From NCBI RefSeq assembly GCF_054482525.1, contig NZ_CM137006.1: a DNA stretch of 64,000 bases; one strand, given 5' to 3'. Below are positions 50,650 to 59,785 of the stretch, in pieces (the stretch's first letter is position 1; each line of letters begins with the position of its first letter). Under the pieces are notes generated by a model. That model was not told the origin of the DNA. It ran no database searches and saw only the letters and a list, made by a program, of their open reading frames with translations. Position numbers and translations under genes: made by a program.

Positions 50650-51311
50650 CGGTGTTCTCCTTAAATTTCAGTAAAAATAAGGTCATTTATTCTGGTCAAT
50701 ATGGCAGGTTTCGATGTTTATAGTTCTGAATACTATGGTGTTTTACACGTTCATTCTGGTTATTATACGTAGAAAAGAATTTATCGGGCAACGCCGAGAT
50801 GACGCGGCCCCGTTAAACCGTGTAGTGGTAGATGATGAGATCAGATACAGGGATCAACTGACGGTGAGCGCAGTCCCCACATTTTATCCGGAGTTTACCG
50901 CTATTCCCGGCTGCCATTCGTTAGCACAGGCCCGCAAGTACCCTGATTTGCCGCTGGTTTTGCTTTCCCATCGAAGGGCCCATACATCATCACGCCCGCG
51001 AAACAGTCGACAAAATAACGCAACTTTCTCATCCGTGGATAATACGGAAACGCACTGCACAGGACTCTGCGGTTTACGTCACCATTCAATCCCATAAGCT
51101 TCAAGTTATGTTTGCCCTCAGTGCAGCTAATTCATCACTGTCAGATTTATGAACCATATTCGTTACCTGTATCCGATCCACTGAGGCACCACGGCAGAAA
51201 TTCGGGTCCCCTACACTGATGACAAAGCGCCCCGCCCTCTTCTGCCTATTAACTCAAGCACCTCCCAACAACTTACAGAAACTTAATTCTAATACCTAAT
51301 ACAACTGTAAT

Positions 51312-51875
51312 TCAGTTATGTCGTGGTCGGCCCCGGTTGCTTTTTTCGGGAAGCCTGCTACGGCCCAGAATAATACCGTGTTCTTTCTGATCCTGTTTAG
51401 CCAGGTAGCTAAGGGCGTAACGTAAACCGTCTACCGCAGACTTATCACTATAGTGAATCACGTGATCGATACGCACCGGGTATTTGTCTTTAGTACTGCA
51501 CAGGTGAAAATAACCCTCCCCTTCCGTGATCCGACTCCAGATATCTCCCAGTTGCCTGGATATCCGATAAAATTTCTTGTGACGTTGCCCATCCAAGTAG
51601 CCGATAAAATGAATATGAAGTCCCTTGTTTGACGTATATTCCATTACCCAGTAATATCCCGCCAGCATCGTTTGGGTTTCACTAAGTAAGCGGTGCATTT
51701 CAATACACATACTGTGCCTACAGGAATGACCAAAACTGGGCGTGTCTTTCCTGTAGGCAAAATCAATTCTGAAAGGTAACAGTTTAGAAAAACGTTGAAA
51801 CAGACCTTCCATGTGTTCATTCACGTCTTTCAGAATCATGAAGTCCATTTCGTAATTGGGATTAGCATTATACAT
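51312..51875 (-). CDS. YagK/YfjJ-family (inovirus Gp2-like) island protein
   Basis: A 187-aa ORF. GLHIHFIGYL (HUH-like) and LRYALSYLAKQDQKE resemble the HYHVILLL and YRLSYLAK motifs of K-12 YfjJ/YagK as I recall them. The position after the yfjI-like gene is as in CP4-57. Confidence 0.65.
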   Translation of the reverse strand: MYNANPNYEMDFMILKDVNEHMEGLFQRFSKLLPFRIDFAYRKDTPSFGHSCRHSMCIEMHRLLSETQTMLAGYYWVMEYTSNKGLHIHFIGYLDGQRHKKFYRISRQLGDIWSRITEGEGYFHLCSTKDKYPVRIDHVIHYSDKSAVDGLRYALSYLAKQDQKEHGIILGRSRLPEKSNRGRPRHN

Positions 51876-52695
51876 TTTATAGTCCTTACTTTATAAAAGT
51901 TACAGGAAGGTGGAATTACATAAATACTGAGAGTACAGAAACGCCGTACCGCGGCATTAATAAACGAGGTAACCAGCAGCACAGACAACCTGATAAAACT
52001 GTTTCGTATTACCTCATTACTCCAAAGAGGTAATATTTCAGAGTACAGTAAGACTCACTTAAACTGAGGACCAGTACGAATTACAATGGTAAAAACACAC
52101 CTCATAGAATTGAGTTTAAGGAAGTACCATTCAATCACTTACAGGAAGTAATCTGACATTCACAAAAGCCAGTATCGGGTAGCCACAGGCAACACCGCTA
52201 TTAATACTTCTGTACCATTAAGTAAAAACAGCGACCCAGCTTAAGGCCTCTACAGATATTTAACTTCACCATAAAAATGATGGTATACAGACCATACCCC
52301 ACACACCATAAGAATATTATTTCATACAGGAAAGATTATATTTTTTCATACCTATAAACTGTAACAGAGCCATAACATACTCTAATAGTGTTCCGGTACG
52401 TAACCAGTGTTAAGTGCGTACAAGACAACATAACAGATCACATAACTTCCACTAATAATACTAATTAACCTAAATTATTTATTGAACACGAAAACAATGA
52501 AGGCCCCACCTCACCTCAGACTAAAGCCGACAATATCCTGAGCAACACTCTATCCAATAGTAAATAGTGGTTACACCAGTTATATTTACTGACTGACCTG
52601 TACCAGAGTTTTCTAATACAACGCTGACATGGTAAAGACATTAGTCTCCTCCGCAAGTAGCAGAGGAGACTATATGTACTCAACGATTAAGTCGT

Positions 52696-54147
52696 TCAGA
52701 GGTCAAAGTTAGGTGCGACACACAACGTTTTTCCCTCAATAACCGGTACAACTCTGTTTTGTTCATACAGTAAATCCAGTAACCAGTTGATTTTATCCTT
52801 TTTCCGGAAACGGTTCGGACCACGCTGTAAAATGTCATTTTTTTTCATACAGAGGATCCCCTTCTCAATACAATAGCTTTTTATCCAGTTGAAAAGTTCA
52901 AGCTCCTCTGGAATGAGTCGCACAGGTACGGTCAGGGCAGAGTTGTCAAAAGTTAACGGATTAGACAACCGCACATACTCATTACCGTACCATATTGCTA
53001 ATTCTCTCGCCATTTCTGCAGTGTAAGGGGAAATCTCCCCCTCTTCACCGCTCGAATGGTAAATAAGTCCTGCCAATCTTGCCATATACTCTGCATTTTT
53101 AGCAGCATATTCCCGGCAATGTCTTAAAGGCCCCAATCCCCCCAGCTTCGATTCCACATCATTGTAATAATCCGTCCAGATTCTGGCAGCCTGAGGAGAA
53201 AAGTGAAGGCAACGTCGTTCACCACTCATCGCCAGACTTTCATCAATAAGCTCATTGATCCTCTCTTCAAACAAATCCTGATACTGTGATGAATAATTAT
53301 CTCCGGTTATTATCCTTGTCCCCTGCGTTGATGTTGGTTGACACATCAAAAACCTTGCATGATGTCCTGACGTTTTCACAATTTCTTTTTTTCGCGTACA
53401 AAAACCTTTGTGGTAAACATCAGGCTGAATCATCACCGATATCGTCAGTCTTGGCTCCTTCAAATTAATTCCGGGAGATGATTTCCTGTCGATGAAAAGA
53501 GAACCTCCATCCCACAAAGTGTTAATAATTCCCAGTTTACTCATGGCCCGGCTGTCAAAAATTACCCCCCCTTCACTGGATACAAGAGCAAAAGAGCGAT
53601 TGCTATCGGAGTAATATTTTAACATTCCCTCTATCGTTGTCTCATTAAAAATTGTTCGACGTATCTGCGGCGGAACAGGAGGTTTATTCAGATGCGTTTC
53701 AAGCTCTGATTCTGTTGCCTTGTAATCTTTACCGGCACGAATCTCTTTATGAAATTTTGATTCCAGCGCTTTTTGTTTTTGCTCCCATATTTCCTTTTCT
53801 GTACTGTAATTCTCAACCAGTTTCGCGTATTCTTCCGCCAGGGCTTCATCCCTGAGATAAAATGCTTTCATAAACACTTTATCCACGGTCGTTTTCCTTT
53901 CACCGGAATCAGCCAGAATCAGAGAGTAAAGATTAACAGGCCCATGTAAATTTCCAGGTCTGCATACGTCAATCTGATTCTGACAGGCAATTGAGATCGC
54001 TGTTAATGCGGATGTTGCCACCATAGCCAAAGGTGCCTGTGTATTTTTTTGAGTTTCAATTATTGCATTTCTCACCAGCGGTGGTAGTGCATATATCGGA
54101 TAAGGATTTTCTGGTGCAAGTAAGCACATAAAAGCCTCTCTTTTCAT
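52696..54147 (-). CDS. YfjI-like (DUF3987) island protein, 483 aa
   Basis: The N-terminus …YPIYALPPLVRNAIIETQKNTQAPLAMVATSALTAISIACQ…ADSGERKTTVDK… reads like the YfjI/DUF3987 family. It is followed by a hairpin terminator (~52640-52672). Confidence 0.65.
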   Translation of the reverse strand: MKREAFMCLLAPENPYPIYALPPLVRNAIIETQKNTQAPLAMVATSALTAISIACQNQIDVCRPGNLHGPVNLYSLILADSGERKTTVDKVFMKAFYLRDEALAEEYAKLVENYSTEKEIWEQKQKALESKFHKEIRAGKDYKATESELETHLNKPPVPPQIRRTIFNETTIEGMLKYYSDSNRSFALVSSEGGVIFDSRAMSKLGIINTLWDGGSLFIDRKSSPGINLKEPRLTISVMIQPDVYHKGFCTRKKEIVKTSGHHARFLMCQPTSTQGTRIITGDNYSSQYQDLFEERINELIDESLAMSGERRCLHFSPQAARIWTDYYNDVESKLGGLGPLRHCREYAAKNAEYMARLAGLIYHSSGEEGEISPYTAEMARELAIWYGNEYVRLSNPLTFDNSALTVPVRLIPEELELFNWIKSYCIEKGILCMKKNDILQRGPNRFRKKDKINWLLDLLYEQNRVVPVIEGKTLCVAPNFDL

Positions 54148-54162
54148 TAATGGGTTAGTAAA

Positions 54163-54203
54163 ATAGCAGCAAATCCCGCTACAATAGCGAAAATAGCTGC
54201 TAT
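54163..54203. promoter_or_regulatory. Nested palindromic operator-like motif upstream of the yfjI-like gene (copy A)
   Basis: In atagcagcaaatcccgctacaatagcgaaaatagctgctat, the outer arms atagcagc/gctgctat enclose an inner palindrome cgcta-caa-tagcg. It lies 16 nt upstream of the ORF start at 54147. Confidence 0.4.
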
Positions 54204-54347
54204 TCAGACCTGATGCTCTGAGAAATACAGAGCATTTGTAGATCTGATGTTTAATAAACCGATAAGGTTAATTCAGTGAAGACTGTATTATTCACCACGA
54301 AATATCATTCATATTTCTCATTCTTAATACCTCCAGAAATTATTTCA

Positions 54348-54545
54348 CTAATACCTTTCCCCCGGTCTTTTCCCTTTCTCCAGAACCATAGTGTAAATAT
54401 TAACGGCCCCACGTAAATTTCCGGGACTGCATACGTCAACCTGATTCTGACAGGCAATTGACATCGCTGTTAATACTGACATTGCAACCAGAGTCAGAGG
54501 TACTTGTTTATTGTATTGAACTTTAATTATTGCATTCCCTATCAT
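54348..54545 (-). pseudogene. 5-prime fragment of a second yfjI-like gene (paralogous partial duplication)
   Basis: The 65-aa ORF …QYNKQVPLTLVAMSVLTAMSIACQNQVDVCSPGNLRGAVNIY… parallels residues ~30-95 of the 483-aa protein and then breaks off. The DNA at ~54391-54690 parallels ~53921-54215. Confidence 0.55.
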
Positions 54546-54628
54546 TGATGGTCATGCATATACTGAATACGGCATATCCGGTTTGATGTAAGGCATAAAT
54601 GCTTCCTTTTTCGTAATACGTTTCGGTT

Positions 54629-54667
54629 ATAGCAGCAATTACCGCTACAATAGCGACAATAGCTGCT
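54629..54667. promoter_or_regulatory. Nested palindromic operator-like motif (copy B) upstream of the yfjI-like fragment
   Basis: atagcagcaattaccgctacaatagcgacaatagctgct has the same architecture as copy A and conserves the inner cgctacaatagcg exactly. Confidence 0.4.
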
Positions 54668-54771
54668 CTTTCAACAATGAATGCTGGAAATTCTGTTTAT
54701 CAATTAAACTTCTGGCTAAATTGTTCTTATGCTTCTTTTTCCTCCTGAGGTGATCACGTGATGACAAAAAC

Positions 54772-55068
54772 TTATCTGCTCATGGTCATATCTGAAGAAA
54801 GCGTATGTCTCACTTCGTCATTAACACCTTTGACTGCTGATCTGGCAGGTACAGTATGTAAAGTAAGCCATTCGTCAATAGCTGATGAACGCCAGCCCAC
54901 AGAACCACTACCAAGACGTACCGGCCTGGGGAAGGTTGCATCGTAGTATTTCGATAACGGATTCATTTTTTCGTAAATTGTCGAACGAGATATACCTAAC
55001 AATTGGCTCAGTTCAGGCATCCGTAAGATGCGTGAAGGAGTCCTGCAGTGTCCGGATTGATCTGGCAT
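54772..55068 (-). CDS. alpA: AlpA-family (MerR-type HTH, excisionase-like) regulator
   Basis: RILRMPELSQLLGISRSTIYEKMNP…FPRPVRLGSGSVGWRSSAIDEWL matches the AlpA/phage regulatory protein pattern. The start is uncertain: ATG 55068 follows ggggga, with alternatives at 55080 and 55152. Confidence 0.7.
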   Translation of the reverse strand: MPDQSGHCRTPSRILRMPELSQLLGISRSTIYEKMNPLSKYYDATFPRPVRLGSGSVGWRSSAIDEWLTLHTVPARSAVKGVNDEVRHTLSSDMTMSR

Positions 55069-55276
55069 TTTATCCCCCATAGTGTGGTGAACTGTCGTTA
55101 CAGTTTGTATTCCCCGGGTAAATTTGTCTGCGTAAAAAAATGGGTTGAGCAAAAAGACAATAAATAATTAAAAATCAATATGATAGAAAACGACAGCATT
55201 AGTGTTATTTTACTTTTCCCTTATCGCTGTCGATTCTCATTATCATTCATGGCAAAAAAACAGCAAAAGAGGCCCT

Positions 55277-56039
55277 GGTAATGACTCCTGTCAGTAGTAC
55301 ATGTGTTTTCGATAAATGAACCAATGGCTTTTCGTGAATTTCCAGGGAGCGTAAAAAGTAAATCGTTTTCCGGGCAGGTCGTTTGATGTGAGTACGAAGT
55401 GTCAGATTGTTGCGCTCAATGCGCCGGGTAAATATCTTGCCGACAAGATGCTTATCCTGTGGCATTTCTCTGGTATAACTGCTCCGGTTGTCTCTGGTTA
55501 TCATGCCTGCGGAGAATGGCTTCAGGAATTCCGGCAACTCACGGCATGTTTCATCAGTGCGAGGACCAAAAGTGTAAGCCAGCACACCGTCAGCTTTGGT
55601 CTTATACGCGTACCAGTGCCACTGCTGACGAGCTTTGTTTTCGACAAAACTCCATTGTTCATCAAGTTCACAGATAAGTGCCACATCGACACTGGCGGCT
55701 GGAGATATGGTTACTTTACGTGGTGAGCGTTTTTTAAAGTGAGAATGACGGTGTTGATATCCACCTTCAGCGTTCTGGAGCTATCGCGAACCCCGGCTCC
55801 GTTATGAACCATTTCAACAATTTGCTCTTTAATGCCTGGTTTTCGGGTTTCGTAGATGTAATTCAGTTGAAATACACGTTTGCAGGATTAGCACTGGAAA
55901 CGCTCATGATCTGAGGTGCTGTGATCATAACGGTACACTTTATAGGAATTACAGCGGGGAGAATATACTGTAACTGTTGCCATATGGTCTCCAGATACCA
56001 ATAGAATACAACATTAATCTATCGTCAGAAGGCATCACC
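55277..56039 (-). mobile_element. Degenerate IS1-family element (~763 bp) with inactivated insA/insB
   Basis: The ends ggtaatgactcc (55277) and …ggcatcacc (56039) resemble IS1 terminal repeats. The insA-like frame MATVTVYSPRCNSYKVYRYDHSTSDHERFQC*S… has an in-frame stop. The insB-like ORF (55247-55684) reads …ICELDEQWSFV…FTRRIERNNLTLR…. Confidence 0.7.
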
Positions 56040-56179
56040 GGGGCCTTCTGACATAATCTGTTAATACGTGTACTATTACCCTGTTCAGAAAACATTGATT
56101 CAAAAATGAAAACCAGTTAACAGAAAAGCAAAATGATATAATGTTAAAATTTTATATAGTGCAATAAAAGGAGAATGTT

Positions 56180-57997
56180 ATGTATAATTTTATCACTATA
56201 ATGTATGATGTCTTTTCATGTTTTGGTGTTCTGGCTAAAAACCAGAATAGCCGTGACATCCGAAATATTAAAAATTTTTCCTCACATCAACATTCACTGG
56301 GCGACATGTTTGATGAATTAATAAACATTATTGATAAAGAACAAGTATTGAGTAAAGAACAACGAAAAGTTATATTTAGGAGATATGAAGATCTCTATGT
56401 TAAGCTAATGCACTATTCTGTTTTTACAGACAAAACACATCAAATAATAAAACAAAAATATTTTAATGACATTGTACCAATGATTCTCGCACTCGACATC
56501 AGGAACACATATCGCCCGGATAATGAGATGGCATTTTACTATCATATTCATTCTTTTCTCACTCAGATACCGGATAATGAGGATGATATATATCATGCTG
56601 CAAGGACATATCTGCGAAATTACGTTAAGTTATGTTTATCCGGATACACGCCAGCGAATGCGCATTTCAAAGATATCTTTGATGGCGTATATGAATTCAT
56701 TCGTAATATTCGCAAAAACAGTACACCAGGAAAAACAAAACTTATCGCAACTATCAACACATGCAAAGAAACCTGTAAACATCTGCTTTATTTAAGTAAT
56801 GAAGACAAGGAAAAAATAATTTCTGACTTAGATAAAGTTCAGGTTGCATGTTATTATCTCACTATATTACTGGCTTTCGAAAGACGAACTTCATTAACAA
56901 GCACCCTGGCAACTTTATATAAAATGCTGATAAGCGAAAGAGAAGTTTCAGAATATGAATGCCAGTTATTATATTTAACCAACCCAATAGATGTAATGAA
57001 TATACTGAACAAATACATATATTACTTTCCTAATGAGAACTCACCATTTTATACACTGAAAATTGACAGTGCATTATCGTGGGATGCCATTGACGCAATA
57101 CGAGACTATAGTATTTCTGATATTTATCTTTATCCTGAACAAAAAACAATAAATTGTGTCGTTGAGATTGAAAACATTGTCTTTGGCGGTTACATTTATA
57201 CATTGAACAACGGCGTCACATTACAAAACATAGAAAACTCTTTAAAAGATTCTTCATGCCATTATGTCTTAAATGGCTATACAGAATTTGTTAACTGTTT
57301 GAGACAACTTACTTCAGGAAAGACTGAAAGTGTTCATCGCACCATCAATAAACTGAACTATGAGAAATTACCTTTTGGATTTATCATTGCCGCGTTTGCT
57401 ATACTAAAGATAGCATTTAAAATAAAATTCAGTAAAAATCATGTAAATATCCGAGCATTATTAAATGACATCAATTATTTTATGACTTATCAGGGCGAGT
57501 CCATTAACCTTATTTCACTGGATCACGAATACCCAGAGTCCTGTCTTCAAAATGACACAAACACATATTTATTAGGAAGAGTAATATTTCTGTATAACTC
57601 AATGATTTATAAGTTCATAAACTGTCAGGAACATGAAACCAATAACATTCACTCAGCTATGATAAATAACCTATTACAGGAAGTTGATATAGCCCTTGGT
57701 AAAATAAATGACATTATAGACAGCAGAAACATATCAACCCCCCATGAACTGGCAAATATTCTTACCCGCGAAAAAATACTTACAACACGGGAAAAAAAAG
57801 GAAACCTGATAAGCCTGTTTGATGGATTCACTTTATTCCATTGTGTTGGAATGATAACCTTTCTTATCCATTATCTCAGAACACCTGAAGAAAAAGTTGA
57901 AAATATATTTATGTTATATGGTGCAGATAAAAACAATAAACTACGCAGAAGACTGATTTATGACGCACTAGGAATAATTCAGTCTCAGCAGGAGTGA
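56180..57997 (+). CDS. Hypothetical 605-aa protein, very AT-rich, no recognised family
   Basis: An uninterrupted 1.8-kb ORF in strongly AT-rich DNA with aaaaggagaatgtt SD-like sequence upstream. It is predicted to be largely helical, with one hydrophobic segment (LPFGFIIAAFAILKIAF). It is convergent with int. Confidence 0.7.
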   Translation: MYNFITIMYDVFSCFGVLAKNQNSRDIRNIKNFSSHQHSLGDMFDELINIIDKEQVLSKEQRKVIFRRYEDLYVKLMHYSVFTDKTHQIIKQKYFNDIVPMILALDIRNTYRPDNEMAFYYHIHSFLTQIPDNEDDIYHAARTYLRNYVKLCLSGYTPANAHFKDIFDGVYEFIRNIRKNSTPGKTKLIATINTCKETCKHLLYLSNEDKEKIISDLDKVQVACYYLTILLAFERRTSLTSTLATLYKMLISEREVSEYECQLLYLTNPIDVMNILNKYIYYFPNENSPFYTLKIDSALSWDAIDAIRDYSISDIYLYPEQKTINCVVEIENIVFGGYIYTLNNGVTLQNIENSLKDSSCHYVLNGYTEFVNCLRQLTSGKTESVHRTINKLNYEKLPFGFIIAAFAILKIAFKIKFSKNHVNIRALLNDINYFMTYQGESINLISLDHEYPESCLQNDTNTYLLGRVIFLYNSMIYKFINCQEHETNNIHSAMINNLLQEVDIALGKINDIIDSRNISTPHELANILTREKILTTREKKGNLISLFDGFTLFHCVGMITFLIHYLRTPEEKVENIFMLYGADKNNKLRRRLIYDALGIIQSQQE

Positions 57998-58029
57998 AGA
58001 GTTAAACAGGCAAATTATTTTTTATAAAA

Positions 58030-58052
58030 AGGGGATTGTTAAGTAATCCCCT
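58030..58052. terminator. Hairpin between the convergent 605-aa gene and int
   Basis: aggggatt-gttaagt-aatcccct, flanked by A/T runs on both sides. Confidence 0.5.
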
Positions 58053-58183
58053 GTTAATCAAAATACGCTTTCCTGACGATCTGATAATTATCAGCTCAAT
58101 ACATTTGACATAAAAGCGGTTTCTTAATTACTACTGCTACGATCACATATCAAATCATGATCGTACAATATACATTTTCACTA

Positions 58184-59386
58184 TTATTTATTCACAATTT
58201 GAGACATCACATAATCCGCCCATGCCTGCATCATCGGTACACGCTGCTCCAGTAGATCAGTACGATGATATGCCGCCTCAACCTTATTTTTCAGCGTATG
58301 AGCGAGCGCCCTTTCCGCCAGATCCCGCGAATACCCCTGTTCGCTACACCAGTCCCTGAATGTTGAGCGAAAACCATGTGCCGTGGCAACTCGCCCCGGA
58401 ATGTCACTGACGGCTTTCTTTTTACGCAGAAAACTTGTCAACACCATATCGGAAAGGATCTGCTGCTTTCTGGGTGAAGGGAACACCAGTTCATCATGCA
58501 GGCCACGTATATTTTCCAGAATGTAAATAGCCTGCCGGGATAAAGGAACACGATGCTGTAGCCTAGCTTTCATTCTTTCTGCAGGTATAGTCCATACCCG
58601 CTTATGAAAATCAATTTCAGCCCAGCGCATTCCCCTGGCTTCGCCCGAGCGAGTTGCTGTAAGTATCACCATTAATAACAGTGCGCGGGTAACATTATAA
58701 GGTTCATCGGTATACACACTGGTCGCCACAAAAAGCGGTAACTGCCTCCAGGGCATTGCGGGTTGGTGTTCATCACGTCCTCTTGTCTGCTGAGGAAGCA
58801 AATGGTCAACCACATCAACAGGATTTGCTACACAAAAACCGTGCGCCCATCCCCACTGCATAACAACATGAATGCGCTGTTTAACCCGGCTTGCCGTTTC
58901 TGACAAGGTTAACCAGACTGGACGCAGTGTTTCTGCCACGTCCGCAGCCGTAATCGAATCCAGCGTTTTTGCTCCCAGTTGAGGAAACGCGTAATTCTCA
59001 AGCGTCGATAACCACTGCCTTACATGCTTTGGATTTTCCCATCCAGGAGACAGTTCTGCATGTACACGCCTGGCTGCATCGGCAAATGTTGGGATAGCGA
59101 CTTTCTCAGATTCAGCCTTTTTAATCTCCAGAGGATCATCACCTGCAGCAAGTTGCTCTCGCATTATCCGGGCAGTACGTGCAGCTTCAGCAATACTGAC
59201 CTCTGGGTAAGTTCCCAATCCAGCATTACGTCTTTTTTGTGTCACCGGACTTACATAACGAAAAACCCATTTCCCCCGCCCCTTTACTGAAGAAGGATGA
59301 AGGGTCAGTCCGGTAATTCCCCCATGGGGCAATGGTTTGTCATCAGGTTTGATATGTCTTGCTTTCGTATCCGTCAATACTGCCAT
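58184..59386 (-). CDS. int: P4-type tyrosine recombinase (island integrase), apparently intact
   Basis: 400 aa. The N-terminal arm-binding region reads MAVLTDTKARHIKPDDKPLPHGG…. The catalytic region carries TATRSGEAR, AHGFRSTFRDW and HTLKNKVEAAYHRTDLLEQR (R…HxxR…Y). Its 5-prime end faces the att repeats. Confidence 0.9.
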   Translation of the reverse strand: MAVLTDTKARHIKPDDKPLPHGGITGLTLHPSSVKGRGKWVFRYVSPVTQKRRNAGLGTYPEVSIAEAARTARIMREQLAAGDDPLEIKKAESEKVAIPTFADAARRVHAELSPGWENPKHVRQWLSTLENYAFPQLGAKTLDSITAADVAETLRPVWLTLSETASRVKQRIHVVMQWGWAHGFCVANPVDVVDHLLPQQTRGRDEHQPAMPWRQLPLFVATSVYTDEPYNVTRALLLMVILTATRSGEARGMRWAEIDFHKRVWTIPAERMKARLQHRVPLSRQAIYILENIRGLHDELVFPSPRKQQILSDMVLTSFLRKKKAVSDIPGRVATAHGFRSTFRDWCSEQGYSRDLAERALAHTLKNKVEAAYHRTDLLEQRVPMMQAWADYVMSQIVNK

Positions 59387-59545
59387 ACGCTAATTCCCGT
59401 CACTCTGGTATGCCATCCAGTATGCCATTAGTCTCTCGCTTCACTAAGAATACATTAGATAATATCGGACAACAAAAAGTGTAATACATTGTTTATAATG
59501 AAATTATATAACACCCCTGGATTAAGTCAGATTTATTTCAGGCGG

Positions 59546-59606
59546 TCCCCCTCACCGCCATATTCAAAGAAGAGCTCGTACGAAAGTGCGAGCTTTTTTT
59601 TCGCAT
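59546..59606 (+). repeat. att-type direct repeat copy 1: tRNA-Ser 3-prime end (…ccctcaccgcca) plus terminator hairpin
   Basis: tccccctcaccgccatattcaaagaagagctcgtacgaaagtgcgagcttttttttcgcat. Positions 59547-59587 are identical to 59727-59767. No tRNA body lies upstream. Confidence 0.7.
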
Positions 59607-59725
59607 ATTGCACTCCAGGGGGGATGAGAAGCCCCGACCGGGGTTCGACAACTGGCGCAGCCAGTTGGACAGACCACGAACGCAGTGAGTGGGCTGCCCG
59701 CAGGGCGAGCGAAGCGAGTCAATCC

Positions 59726-59785
59726 CCCCCCTCACCGCCATATTCAAAGAAGAGCTCGTACGAAAGTACGAGTTTTTTTTCGCAT
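59726..59785 (+). repeat. att-type direct repeat copy 2: tRNA-Ser (serW) 3-prime end plus its terminator
   Basis: aatccccccctcaccgcca followed by the ctcgtac-gaaa-gtacgag hairpin and T8. It lies exactly 180 bp from copy 1, and there is again no complete tRNA upstream. Confidence 0.7.

Noticed and set aside
50650-51311. Possible small gene (67-aa minus ORF at 50901-51104) between the NERD gene and the yfjJ-like gene
   Set aside because: The frame is short and has no start context, and neighbouring frames are broken. It is most likely gene debris. It could be a promoter or leader region of the NERD operon, but I cannot support a call.
59607-59740. Possible functional or intron-containing tRNA-Ser between the att copies
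   Set aside because: Only T-arm halves and the 3-prime acceptor strand are recognisable. No 5-prime acceptor strand, D-arm or anticodon arm can be found upstream, and a 72-nt insert in the T-loop has no precedent I know of. I treated it as an att-fragment plus filler.
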